Source of the DNA: Paramoeba atlantica
Taxonomy: Eukaryota > Protista > Discosea
Assembly (NCBI GenBank): GCA_977017575.1
Contig: CDRNVI010000040.1
Location: forward strand, 186,001-250,000
DNA length: 64,000 nucleotides
Reading direction: 5' to 3'
A program made the position numbers and the translations under genes. Under the pieces are notes generated by a model. That model saw nothing but the letters and a program-made list of their open reading frames with translations. It made no database searches and was not told where the DNA came from. Position 1 is the first letter of the stretch. Each line of letters opens with the position of its first letter. Shown piece by piece: positions 21,983-32,890 of this stretch.

Positions 21983-22884
21983 TAATACAAAACCTAAGTT
22001 TAATACAGAAACAAATAATATATTACTCATTGGATACGCAACCCAGGAACAACGGGGCGCGAAGCGCCGCGAGCTCCGTTTTTACCAGTACTGTTTCTAG
22101 AACTTTCTGGTTTTATATAAATTTGTAGAAAACTAGGAAGCTTCTTCGGTTAGAACTTATAAAGAATTATGAAAGGGGGGGTAATGCTTGTTTCTGTCTT
22201 ACGCTTGTTATGATATTGAATGGCACCAAGTTCGAGAAGCTTCTTTCTTACTTCGTCTACACCGTCTGTCTCCTACTCAGAACTTTCATAGGCTTTGGCG
22301 CGGTACACTTCTCTCAGCAGAACCCTAAACTTTTCGGGGCTAGGAGGAAGCTTCTCGATGAACGCTTTGATCTTAGCTCGGAGCGATGCAGGTTAGGAAT
22401 TCACTTCTCCAGTGAAGCTGTTCCAAACGTTTTTGAGAACCGTGGACATAGTACGTTCCCCCTTACTGTCCAATGGATGTTCAATTTTTGGACAAAGTTG
22501 ATAGATGCGCGCACGTACTTCGTTCCATCATTCGCCCAGGCAATTCTCTTTTTGCACGCCATAATGACGTGGGCAACATGAGAAAATGTTAGTCGAAGGC
22601 CGCAAAGACTACGCCGAAAGAATTGACTTGACAAAGAACGCATCGACCCTTTTGTTCATCTGGAGTCGGGCACCACTGGCAATAAATGCAAAAAGAAGGG
22701 CGGTTCGGACGCGAAATAGTGAACGATGTCGTGGTCTGACACTATCTCAAGCATTGCTTTCGAAGAATGGAGGATTGTATATTTATGAGTAAATACTATT
22801 GGGATTGTTTCTTACTTGTTCTATTTTGTAAGCCTGCGACAGTAATTCAACATTAACCTACTTCCCCCTCCATAAGTAATTATA

Positions 22885-23064
22885 CTGTCCCCCCTCCCCT
22901 TAAGCGCACCCGGCCAGACCCCCCTGTTTAAGCGCACACAGAGTTGAAGAGAAGGGGGCCGGCGGCGCGAAGCGGCGCCAATTTTTTTTTACGTAACGAT
23001 TCAGACCCCCCCGTTTAAGCGCACTTTTCACGGAAAACGAGGTGCGCTTAAACGGGGGGGACAG
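22885..23064. mobile_element. 180-bp TA-flanked MITE
   Basis: TIR CTGTCCCCCC..TTAAGCGCACC, TA duplication, internal CCCC(C/T)GTTTAAGCGCAC repeats. Confidence 0.8.
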
Positions 23065-23088
23065 TAAGTATAAATTATAAGTTTTTTG

Positions 23089-23125
23089 AACTTAACGATA
23101 AAGATACAGTTTCTGTACCTTGTTG
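23089..23125 (+). other. Spliced-leader exon-like sequence (37 nt)
   Basis: AACTTAACGATAAAGATACAGTTTCTGTACCTTGTTG; starts AACT and ends TTG like kinetoplastid SL exons; no GT donor follows. Confidence 0.82.
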
Positions 23126-25020
23126 ATTTATTTCCTCCTTTCCTTCACTACTACTTCTCCCCCCCATGTCAGAACTCCCGCTCAAGGGACTCTTGTTCTG
23201 CGCTTACTGTGGCTCGAAATTCGAACCACTCTCCCCCACCCACCGGTTGTGCCCAGTCTGTTTATCCACAACCGGCACTGCGTCCCGTATCATTTGGGAC
23301 AAACCTAGCACCCTTGGGCCCGTTAACAACGGACTCAGGCAGACATCCACCTCCCGAGAGGCCAGAAGCATCCCCCAGAAGCATCCCCCAGAAGCATCCC
23401 CCAGAAGCTCGTCCTCCCGCGCGAGGTCGAACTCGAGACCGCCCCTTCACCGACAGTCCGAAGGACCTCACACACGCTCGCCATCCAGTGTATCTTTCGC
23501 CCCCAGGAACACTTCTTCACATGACTCCGAGTCATACGCCGACAAGGCCAAATCCCTTTCACCCCCGATTCTTAGGAAAACAAGGTTAGGTACAGATCCC
23601 CCCTCAAACCTCTACACCCCTTGGCAGAGCCCCATCACTCAAGGAACAGCTAGCTCTCATAGGTAAGATGAACCAGGATTTCCTGGGTATCTACATCAAA
23701 CACCAGCGAGACGACGGAGTGCCCTTCGGGTTGAAGAGGGAAGTGACAGCCAACCGGCTGTCATGCGCCGTCCGAGAAATAGAGAGAGAGTACCTGGCGA
23801 CGAGGGATGCCCTCTACACCGAGTGGCTTGACCTCCTCTGTCAGGACGCCCGTCAGGAATACAGACATCGCCAGCTTGTCATAGACAAAGCCCACCTGTG
23901 TCAGACCTGCGGACAGGTTTTTCGGGACCAGCGACGTATGATCGAGCACAAAACCGTCCACGAAGTGGCCGCGGCCCGGGCGATGGTATCCCGTCTCTCA
24001 TCAGAGCACCGCCAGGGAGCTATGATGATTGCGGAACAACAGTGGGCCTCTGCCGCCGACCTCTTCAGCCATCTCTACCAACAACTCCAAAACCTGTACG
24101 CACCCCCCCGGCCCCTCCCCCGACCCCTCCCCCAGCCCCTCCCCCGGCCCCTCCCCCGGCCCCTCCCCCGGCCCCACGGAAACGTACAACTTGGAAGTGG
24201 ACAACCCTCCCCCCCCACCTTGCCGCCAAACCTCCCGCCCTCACAAACACCCCAACCGACGCCCCTAGCGGCCCTTACCCATCACCTCCCCACCAGCAAG
24301 GCGGACACCAACTCTCATCTTCGACGCAACCCTCCGAAGAACCATGGACTAGGGTCAACCTGCACCTCGGACCCCACTTGGCCGGACACATCCAGGTCCC
24401 CGTCCCTGCCAGACACCCCCTACAGAGTTTCGTACAAGCGGTGGGCTTTACCTTGGGGGTCCCCCCCGACCGCATAAGCCTGACCAACGAGCCGGGAGGG
24501 CCATACCTGGTGACCGATGAGGACCTGGAAGAGGCTGAGTGCATTTGGGCCTCTCTGCTCACTCCAAACCACGGCCCCTCCCACGGTCCCCACGTCAAAG
24601 TCTTCGACGGATCGGGAGCAGGAGCAAGCATAGAGACGCCGTCTAATCTCCCAGGCGAACATATCCCCTTTTCCCTATGCCACGCCCTGGGTGTAGCCCA
24701 GTGCTTCGCAGGAGCCTGGACGCCGTTCGTGTCGGAGGGCGGAACGGCTTGCTGGAGCTTCACGCCCACGGAGGGACTGATAGCTGACTCGGGGTGGTCG
24801 GCCGAGTTAGTCCGGTGTAACCTCCGTAGAGGGTGCATCGAAGCCAACCCGGGACCACGCCGCGCAAAACGGAAGAATAAAACGCCCAAATCCTCCGGCC
24901 CCGCGGACAGTAACCCCGTGAACGTAACGGGACAGACGAGCACTCAAACCGAGGACACCCCCACCCCACTACCCGACCCCCACATTACAGACCCCATTCC
25001 CACACCCCCGCATCAGGGGG

Positions 25021-25405
25021 GGGCATGCCGGACGCCAGCGAGGATTGCGCCGAGGCTGGCAGCCTCAGAGCGGGCCCGTATCCAAAATCCCATTGTAATG
25101 GGGGGTCCATCCCGACACACAACAGCCTGTCCTCGGGCCCTAAGTCCACATCCCCTGTTCTGGGGGGGCCATGCCGGACGCCAGCGAGGATTGCGCCGAG
25201 GCTGGCAGCCTCAGAGCGGGCCCGTATCCAAAATCCCATTGTAATGGGGGGCCCACCCCGACACCCAACAGCTTTTCTTCGGGCCCTAAGTCCACATCCC
25301 CTGTTCTGGGGGGGCCATGCCGGACGCCAGCGAGGATTGCGCCGAGGCTGGCAGCCTCAGAGCGGGCCCGTATCCAAAATCCCATTGTAATGGGGGGCCC
25401 ACCCC
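25021..25405 (+). repeat. 146-bp tandem repeat, about 2.6 copies, inside retroelement B
   Basis: ATGCCGGACGCCAGCGAGG recurs at 25025, 25171 and 25317. Confidence 0.95.
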
Positions 25406-25554
25406 GCACTCTCGCGGGACCCTGATCGAGCACATCGCGGCGGCCGCCAATGTGCCCAAAATTTCTCAGCGGACGACGGGAGAGGGGGGGACATCGGAGG
25501 TGGGGGGGTGTCTTCCACCACACGAAGCAAGCAATCCACCCCGACAACCCAGGG

Positions 25555-27694
25555 CATACCTATGTGTTCTATGAACACTTTTTTTTGTTCATTGAACACA
25601 TAGAACGCATTGAACACTTTTTGGGGAGGTACACATCACACGAACATGTCGATTATTATTCATAAAACCTTTTTGTTTTGCGCATATCCAAGTGATTACA
25701 CATGCCCTAGCTATGCAGTATAAGAATGCCGCGGTATGAGGTTCTCTCTTAGTACGCGTGGCAGCTTTTTTTGTACTCGCCGAACGTAATGCATTTCTCA
25801 TTTCAAAATATTTTGCTGTTGTTGTTGCAAAAAACTATTGTTTCCCTCATTTAGTCAAGCATTATCTATTACCCTCAACAATTTCTAATGAGAGGACGAG
25901 GTCCCACAGGAACCTTTCGTGCCCGTCGAAGAAAAATGGGAAGCCACCAATCCAAATACAAAAATAAATCCAGTATCCAATATGACCGACTTAAAGTCGG
26001 TTAAAAAGCTTCACACTTTCACCTTGAAAGCTTTCATCTATGACTTCCAAGTTCAGAGTTTATATTTGTCTGATACGGTACAAACAAACAATATTTTTCC
26101 CATAACCTACAAATAATCCTCAAGGTATTCAAAATTTGCAAAGATACAATTCCATCAATTCTTTCCTTACGTAGACGGTTTCCTATTACCGCCAGTTCTC
26201 GCAACCTTACCTCGAAGCACACTTCGTACCTCAGCTTCGCGCTTGGATGCCGGAATGTCTCGCGCTGGCCCATTTCCAAGGGATTTCATTTTGAGTAAGG
26301 CCTTCAAAGACCATAAAGGCTGTGAATTCTCCTCATTTTCCGAGTTGTCAGTTGTTTTTCTCCTTTTTGGTATCGGAAGCCGATCCACTTTCATGCGAAA
26401 CATAAATAATATACCATCAGCCTCACTTTCATACGAAACACAAGCCTTTATAAAATGATCACAGACGAATCCAATGGCTTGGGCGCTTAAAAATTATTCA
26501 AAAAGTGTGTTCAAAAATTAGTAATTTACGAGTGGATTATATTACGGTTACAGTGTTGTATTTAATTACGGTATTACTTAATTACGCTTTTAAGGTAAGC
26601 GTAATTAAATAATACCGTAATTAAATATAACACTGCAATCCATTTGCACCCCAATCCATTTCCATGGGGAACCACCCTCTCGAATGCGGTATTATTTTCC
26701 GAAATTGAAAAGTTTTTGCAAATTTTAGACCCCCTCCCCAGATGGAAATTTTCACCCCTGTATAAGCCTTTACTTATCCGATGTGTACAAAACGGTCTCG
26801 TTTGCCCCAAAACGTAAATACCGTATCGACAATACGGTATTAAGCTTTGACTCTCGCCTTATGCAGTGTATAAAATCGAACGGCGAAAAAATGACTAAAT
26901 GGTAATTCTTCTCTAAAATATACGTATTCGCTTCTTTTTGTTTCGTTTCTTCACGCGCAAAGTCTTTGTGTTGAGATCTGCAAAATGCTACAAAAATCAG
27001 CTCAAACGGATGCTTGTACGAAAGAAAAAGTGGTGGGTCACTTTTCATTGGGTGGGGTTTATGAACGCTTTCCGTGGTGGAGGGTGTTTATCGTCATGAA
27101 AGGCTCAATACAAAGGCAATGCTCTTCACCTGCGACTTGAAGAATATGATAGCCACGCTAACAAAGCAGCGAAAGACTTGGAGCGCTTTCATGGCCTGCT
27201 TCTGAATAGAAACCTGGGTCCAGATGAAAAAAAGAAAGTACTCGATACACTTGTGGGTGAAAGGGGACTTTTCAAAGAAAAAACCTGAATTTTTTTCCTC
27301 ATCTTCGTTGTCGTCATTTCCACTAAACATTCTTTTTGCACTGTGAACACATTATATGCATTAAAGAAGTTTGTGTGCCGAATTGATTAAACGCCTAACA
27401 CGTGTTAGGACCAACCTAACTGGGGGTTGGGGCCTCTTCGTGGTCCCCCTTGACGCTGGAATCATATCGATGGCACAGACTCGCACCACCTATTCTGCCA
27501 TGTACCTACATGTACGTGAGGATCTAGGTCGTGTAGTACCATCTGGGGCCATTTGAATGAAACAAAGCTTCAAAAAAAAATTGTTTGTACTTCAGGAAAA
27601 AAAATCGAAAAAGTGTTCTATTGGTTCATAAAAGTGTTCATTGAACCATAGAAACACTGAACACACACAAGTGTTCATAGAACACATAGGTATG
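25555..27694. mobile_element. 2140-bp non-autonomous TIR element with CCAGGG target duplication
   Basis: TIR CATACCTATGTGTTCTATGAACACTT; CCAGGG at 25549-25554 and 27695-27700 (2- or 4-bp readings also possible); removal restores an open frame; contains a Tc1 end fragment at about 26840-27062 homologous to 54745-54960. Confidence 0.85.
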
Positions 27695-27700
27695 CCAGGG

Positions 27701-30084
27701 CGCTCCAGTTGAGGAGCGTGGGCAAGCCCCTTCCCCCGAAAACTTAGCACAGCTCCTTGGGAGGGGGTCCTTACGTAAGCTGTACGCACTCCAATACCCG
27801 GCTTGGAAGGAATACACCGCCGGTGTATGCCATGATTTTATTAACAAGTCAGTGGAGGGCAAGGTCGAGATGGCCTGGAACCTCCTCCTCGCCGTTAAAC
27901 GTTTCCTTTTTCTCCCCAAGGACAAGCTGTCGCCACGCCAGCTAGCGCGCGAACTGAGAATGCGTGCCCATCTAGAGGGTTCGGAGACCTTGACTCCATC
28001 CCCGAGTCAGGCCAACGGCCCCCCGTGGTCTGTCAAAAACGGGTCGAGGAATTGTGCAGGGCGGGTTGCTTCTCCAGGGCGGCCAAAACGATGGAGGCGC
28101 CCCTCAATCCTCCGGCCAACCCCACGGCGGCCCTAGAACAGGCTAAGCGTCCACACCCCACAGGCGGGCTCTACACTGCGGGGAAATTCAGGTACAATAG
28201 GGACCGACACGGAACCCTACCCTCCCCAGCCGATGTGGCCAGGAAGGCTCAAAGCCTGGCCCCTATCCGCGCCCCCGGACCTACGGGATGGACCAAGGAA
28301 CTGCTTGTCCCAATCCTCATGGAAGATGGACCCCGCGACTGTATCACGTGGATAATCCACGGGATAATGACTAACTCCCTCCCCCCCTCAATGAGGGAAC
28401 TGCTCACGGGGGCGTCTTTAAAACTATTCACCAAACCGGACTCCCCGGCGGGGCGCCACTCTTCCTACAGGCCCGTCGCCATGGGAGGGTGCATCCTCAA
28501 GGTGGCGGGGCTCCTTGCCCTGGATGAAATCCGGGAACATCTCCCCACTTACTTTCAGGGCATCTAGTTTGGAGCCCAATACACGCAGGGGTGTGAGCAC
28601 ATAATTTATAATGTGCGACAGCACTTCAGGGACAGGCCGAAGGAGGTCATCGTGGCTGCAGACCTCGAGAACGCTTTCAATAGCATCTCACGGTCGGCAA
28701 TTTTTAGGGCGGTAAGGGGGGATCCGAAACTTCTCCCCATTGAGGGCATCACCCTTTTCAGCTACGGTACCACAAGTACCCTTCACCTTGGGGAAGGCCA
28801 ATGCATCACGAGCTCAAGGGGGGTCAAGCAAGGTGACCCCATGGCTCCCATCCTATTTGCCATAGGGATCCAGGGGGCAATCGCCAGAGTGGCGGCCAAC
28901 TTCACAGGTGCGCTGAAGGTCTGGGCGTACCTAGATGACGTCACCTTTGCTGGTGAACCCAAGGTTTGCGCGGAAGCCCTAGAGGCCCTCCGCGAGGAGC
29001 TGAAGCATCTTGGGCTACGGCTAAATACCGCTAAATGCAAAGTAACTACTAGACGCGAGGACCTCTTCTCCGAGTTCTCCGGATCTCGCATGGTCAACTC
29101 CCCCGGGGGGTCAAACTACTGGGGTCAAACTTCGTCGGGGTGTCGGAGGCTAGGGAGGAAGAATGGGTGCTTTCCAAGGCCCCCAAGGTAATCTCCTTCC
29201 TGGGGAAACTCAAGGACATTAGCAGGCAATGCGCCTTGCCCCTCTTAAGACTCTGTGAGAGTCCTCGATGGAACTGCATCGTAAGGACCCACGAGCCCCG
29301 GGTCACTAAAGTGGCCAATACCCAGGTCGACAAAGCTGTCCTGGCATCTGCTGAGGCCTTGCTCGGGGGGATGGGCTCCTTGGGAAAAACGCCGTTCTCC
29401 AATAACCTTTTCACGGCAGATTTCCTGGGGACCATCCCCTTCGAGCACAAGGCGGAAGAAATACAGGCCAAGGCGAAGAACGCCCTACAGGGCCGACCCC
29501 AAGGCATGTCAGCCAAGGAACAGCGGCGCAACCTCTGTGAGGCCGCGTTGGGGAAAGCTCCGACGGCTACCCAACTGGTCTGCATGCGACAGACCCAGAA
29601 CATTCACTCCACTAAGTGGGTGAACGCATGGCCCAACAGGCCGGAGTATTACATGCGGGACCCGCAGTGGGAGACTGCGGCCCGTCTCCGGTACTTGGTC
29701 GCCGGGGGCCCGACATATGCTTCCAGCAGGGACGGAAGACCGCCCAAGTTGATGTCACAGTTGTGAACCCACTGGCCCCGTCCTACGTGGAGAAGGAGGC
29801 CGCAGAGCCTTCTCATACCCTGAGGATGGCCGAAGCGGCGCTCACACGATGAGATGGCGACCGCCTGAGGGAAGGAATTTTACCCCTTGGCCTTCACCAC
29901 GTACGGGATCCCGGACCCAGAGACCTTGAACTTCCTAACCAAGGTGGCCCGGGCCCACACATCCGACAAGAACGGATGCATGTCCCACCTTCTGATGGCC
30001 ATAGGGGTGGCCATCCAGAAAGGTAATGCCCAGATTGTACAGGCGGCAGTACAAGACTGGTACCGCCGCGGGGTACGAGGCTAG
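27701..30084 (+). pseudogene. Reverse transcriptase + restriction-like endonuclease of retroelement B
   Basis: APGPTGWTKELL, YRPVAMG, DLENAFNSISR, GVKQGDPMAP, AYLDDV, GLRLNTAKC, RGPDI..VDVTV, FYPLAFTTYG, QKGNA; TAG at 28565, several frameshifts, CCHC knuckle missing. Confidence 0.92.
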
Positions 30085-30594
30085 CTGGGCGATGGGGTTT
30101 AGGGAGAGGGAAAAAAATGTAATTATAATTATAATTACTTATGGATGTGAAACTGGTGAACCTGGAGGGGAGTAAAAGTTGTTATATTAGATACTTGCCA
30201 TCACAATTTCACAAATAAGCGCTTCAAATAGATAATCGTTCTAATCCTACGTCAGTAAGGTTATCAAGCTCATGAGGCGTGTATGTTCTAGTGATTCTTC
30301 GGAACGTATATTGTTGATCACTTTGCCAAATTGAGTTTCTAGAGCGTCTGTAATTGTTTGACGTAGAACGCATTCGTGCTCAAAAACGAGTTCATTGAAC
30401 TTAAGAGTTTCATCCAGAGCGTGCTCTCAGTCACTTTCACTCATTTCGAAAATGGGGCGAAACCAGAGAACTTTTTTCTCAACCTACCTTTTCGATGGTC
30501 TAACAACAACCGAAGTAAAGTCCACGAGAAAAATGGCCGTTGTGGCTTGCACAAGTTGTCACTGGCTTGCAGTGGCAGTACGCATGAGGTCCAT

Positions 30595-30650
30595 TAAGTA
30601 GTGACAGGAAAGTAGTGACAGGAAAGTAGTGACAAGAAAGTAGTGACAGG
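30595..30650. repeat. 14-bp tandem repeat (AAAGTAGTGACAGG) x4
   Basis: Read directly from sequence. Confidence 0.9.
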
Positions 30651-31242
30651 ATCTTTTTCCTAAAACAAAAAAAATCCAATCGGTCGAAGTTGCATTTATA
30701 ATTACTTATGAAAGACATAGGAATTATAAGTCATAAGGGAGTAAAAGTGCGAGTTCAAGGCGTATTTATAATTACTTATGGAGGGGGGAGTATACAGAGG
30801 AGTTTATAGAAAATCCTTTTTAAAAAACTTGAATATTACCGTATATATTTTCAGAAGAAAGAATGTTTATTGCGCATTACCGTTTAGATAGGCACATTAC
30901 CGTTTAAATGGCACATTACCGTTCGAATACGAATTAAAACGGTAACCGACAGACGGTTTAAGTGAAGGAAGTGAAGTGAAGGAAGTGAGGTGCAATAAGC
31001 CTTTAATATGCTATATCCAGAACATTAGTTTTTCCTATTCTTAGAAAATTTCTGAATTAGGATACTAGCAAAGTTGGATGAATATCCTAATTCGACCTTT
31101 TTCAGCTTAATATCCTAATTCGCCTTCAGTATTATGCTAATTCAGCTTAATATCCTAATTCCGAATTAGGATATTGTTTCGACTTGCGGTTTATTATAAA
31201 TATTTATGCACTAAAACCTAGTATATCAAATTTGTTCTACCT

Positions 31243-31815
31243 ATGAATCCGATAGCAGGAAGTCTTCTACGAGCTACATGTGTTCTTTTCACTAAAGCGG
31301 AGAACAAAGATTCAAATATTCCAGTTAGTGACAATTTCACAAAGAGCGATGGTGCATCAATGTTGGCACCACAGATTAGTACGACAGAACTACAACCTAC
31401 CGAAAATCTACAGCCTACCGAAATTCAGTCTATTAGTATTACAAAATTTTCTTCGTTAACCTCTAAATCAAAACCAAACGTGCAGATTACAAGTAAAACA
31501 AAAGCCACCAAACTGCGAAATAAGTTGGCATTATATCACCTTTCTGATCTTGGGTTTAATAGACATCAAAAGCGTTATCTTAAAACTGTACCGCTTGGCG
31601 TTCAGGGTGGAGGTCATGTTAATGTAGATGGAAACCTTTTTTCCAAATCTACTCAAAAACGGTTAGACGCCCACGGAGTTGCGAGTGGTCTTTTTACGGA
31701 CCTGAACACCAGTGAAGGATCATCCGGAATCACTCACATATGGCTATCTAAAAAAGACATATATTCCATGGGCCTAAAGATACGATCAAATCCTGTGCCG
31801 TATATGCAGTGGTAG
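31243..31815 (+). CDS. Hypothetical protein (orphan ORF in TE island)
   Basis: 190-aa ATG ORF with no recognisable motif; preceded by TATCCTAATT repeats. Confidence 0.3.
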   Translation: MNPIAGSLLRATCVLFTKAENKDSNIPVSDNFTKSDGASMLAPQISTTELQPTENLQPTEIQSISITKFSSLTSKSKPNVQITSKTKATKLRNKLALYHLSDLGFNRHQKRYLKTVPLGVQGGGHVNVDGNLFSKSTQKRLDAHGVASGLFTDLNTSEGSSGITHIWLSKKDIYSMGLKIRSNPVPYMQW

Positions 31816-32099
31816 ACTACCATAAGTGTGCAGGAGGCATACACTCATAGAAACGCATTCTACACTTCACGTTGAATCGGATATTTAACGATATGGATTT
31901 CGAATTCGGAGTTCAGTCTAGTTTTTTTATCTTATCAATCTTTGTCTATGCATTATCACCACCTACGTAAACACGCTAGATACCGGTTCCAAGCCCGGCG
32001 TCGCTTCGTTGATACCTAGTATCATTGAAGCGAAGTGTGAGGAAGATAGGTGGACCCATTGAGCGGAGAACCGCTATACGACGCAAACTTTAAGTTTAC

Positions 32100-32820
32100 G
32101 CATTGAAAGAATGGAAGGAGAGAAAGAAAGACACGGAAAGCAAGGAAGAGAAGGAATAAAGGAAGGAATGAAGGAATGAATGAACGAAGGAAAGAAAAAA
32201 TGAAGAAATGAATGAATGAAAGTAGGAGAGAAGGAAAGAAAAAAGAAAGGAGGGGAGAGATAGATAGCAAAAGATGGAGACAGTGAGAAAAAACGAAAGG
32301 GAAAGAAGCGAGGAAAAGAAAGAATGTGACGGAAAGCGAGAAAGCAATGGAGAGAATGAATGGATGAATGCAAGAGCGAAGAAAAGAATGGAAACGCATT
32401 GAAAGAATGGAAGGAGAGAAAGAAAGACACGGAAAGCAAGGAAGAGAAGGAATAAAGGAAGGAATGAAGGAATGAATGAACGAAGGAAAGAAAAAATGAA
32501 GAAACGAATGACTGAAAGAATGATAGAAAGAATGAGAAAGAAAGAAAGAAAGAAGGAGAAAGAAAGAAATAAGGAGAAAGAAAGAAAGAAAGAAAGAAGG
32601 TGAAAGAAAGAAAGGAGAAAGAAAGAAAGAAAGAAGGAGAAAGAAAAGAGAAAGAAAGAACGAAGGAGAAAGAAAGAAAGAAGGAGAAAGAAAGAAAGAA
32701 CGAAGGAGAAAGAAAGAAAGAAGGTGAAAGAAAGAGAGAACGAGAAAAAAAGAAAGAAACAGAGAGGGAGAGAGAGGGAGAAGCAAGCAAAAGAGAAAGA
32801 GAAAGAGAGAGAGAGTCAAC
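32100..32820 (+). repeat. Polypurine (GAAA/GGAA) tract with an internal about 115-bp direct duplication
   Basis: Top strand almost all A/G; 32097-32215 repeated at 32395-32505. Confidence 0.95.
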
Positions 32821-32890
32821 AGCCCCAAAGGCATGCCTGTCACCCTCCGGCCTGGAACCAGTATCTAGGTGCATACGTAGGTGATGATAA

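Larger units (their letters stand above)
23089..30117 (+). mobile_element. Retroelement B: full-length decayed CRE/SLACS-like non-LTR retrotransposon with SL head (about 4.9 kb net)
   Basis: SL at 5' end, CAYC-x12-CPVC and CQTC-x12-H-x3-H fingers, 2A-like motif, RT, REL endonuclease, stop at 30084, A7 tail 30111-30117; interrupted by the 2140-bp insertion. Confidence 0.88.
22861..30790. mobile_element. Outer TA-flanked TIR element (about 0.7 kb net) hosting nested insertions
   Basis: 24-bp TIR CT(T/C)CCCCCTCCATAAGTAATTATA with one mismatch, TA at 22859-22860 and 30791-30792; ATAATTACTTATG sub-repeats at 30131 and 30698. Confidence 0.72.

Noticed and set aside
22210-22792. Short ORFs as a transposase remnant
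   Set aside because: No catalytic motif recognisable in any frame I read
17426-23125. Functional SL RNA genes
   Set aside because: No GT donor, intron or T-tract terminator follows, flanks differ and there is no tandem array
18687-29852. Stop-codon reassignment suggested by in-frame TGA/TAG in elements
   Set aside because: Long host ORFs are uninterrupted and end in TAA, TAG or TGA; the stops occur only in frameshifted TE copies
23071-30135. Target-site duplication around retroelement B
   Set aside because: Only a short AATTATAA match in AT-rich flanks, not adjacent to both junctions
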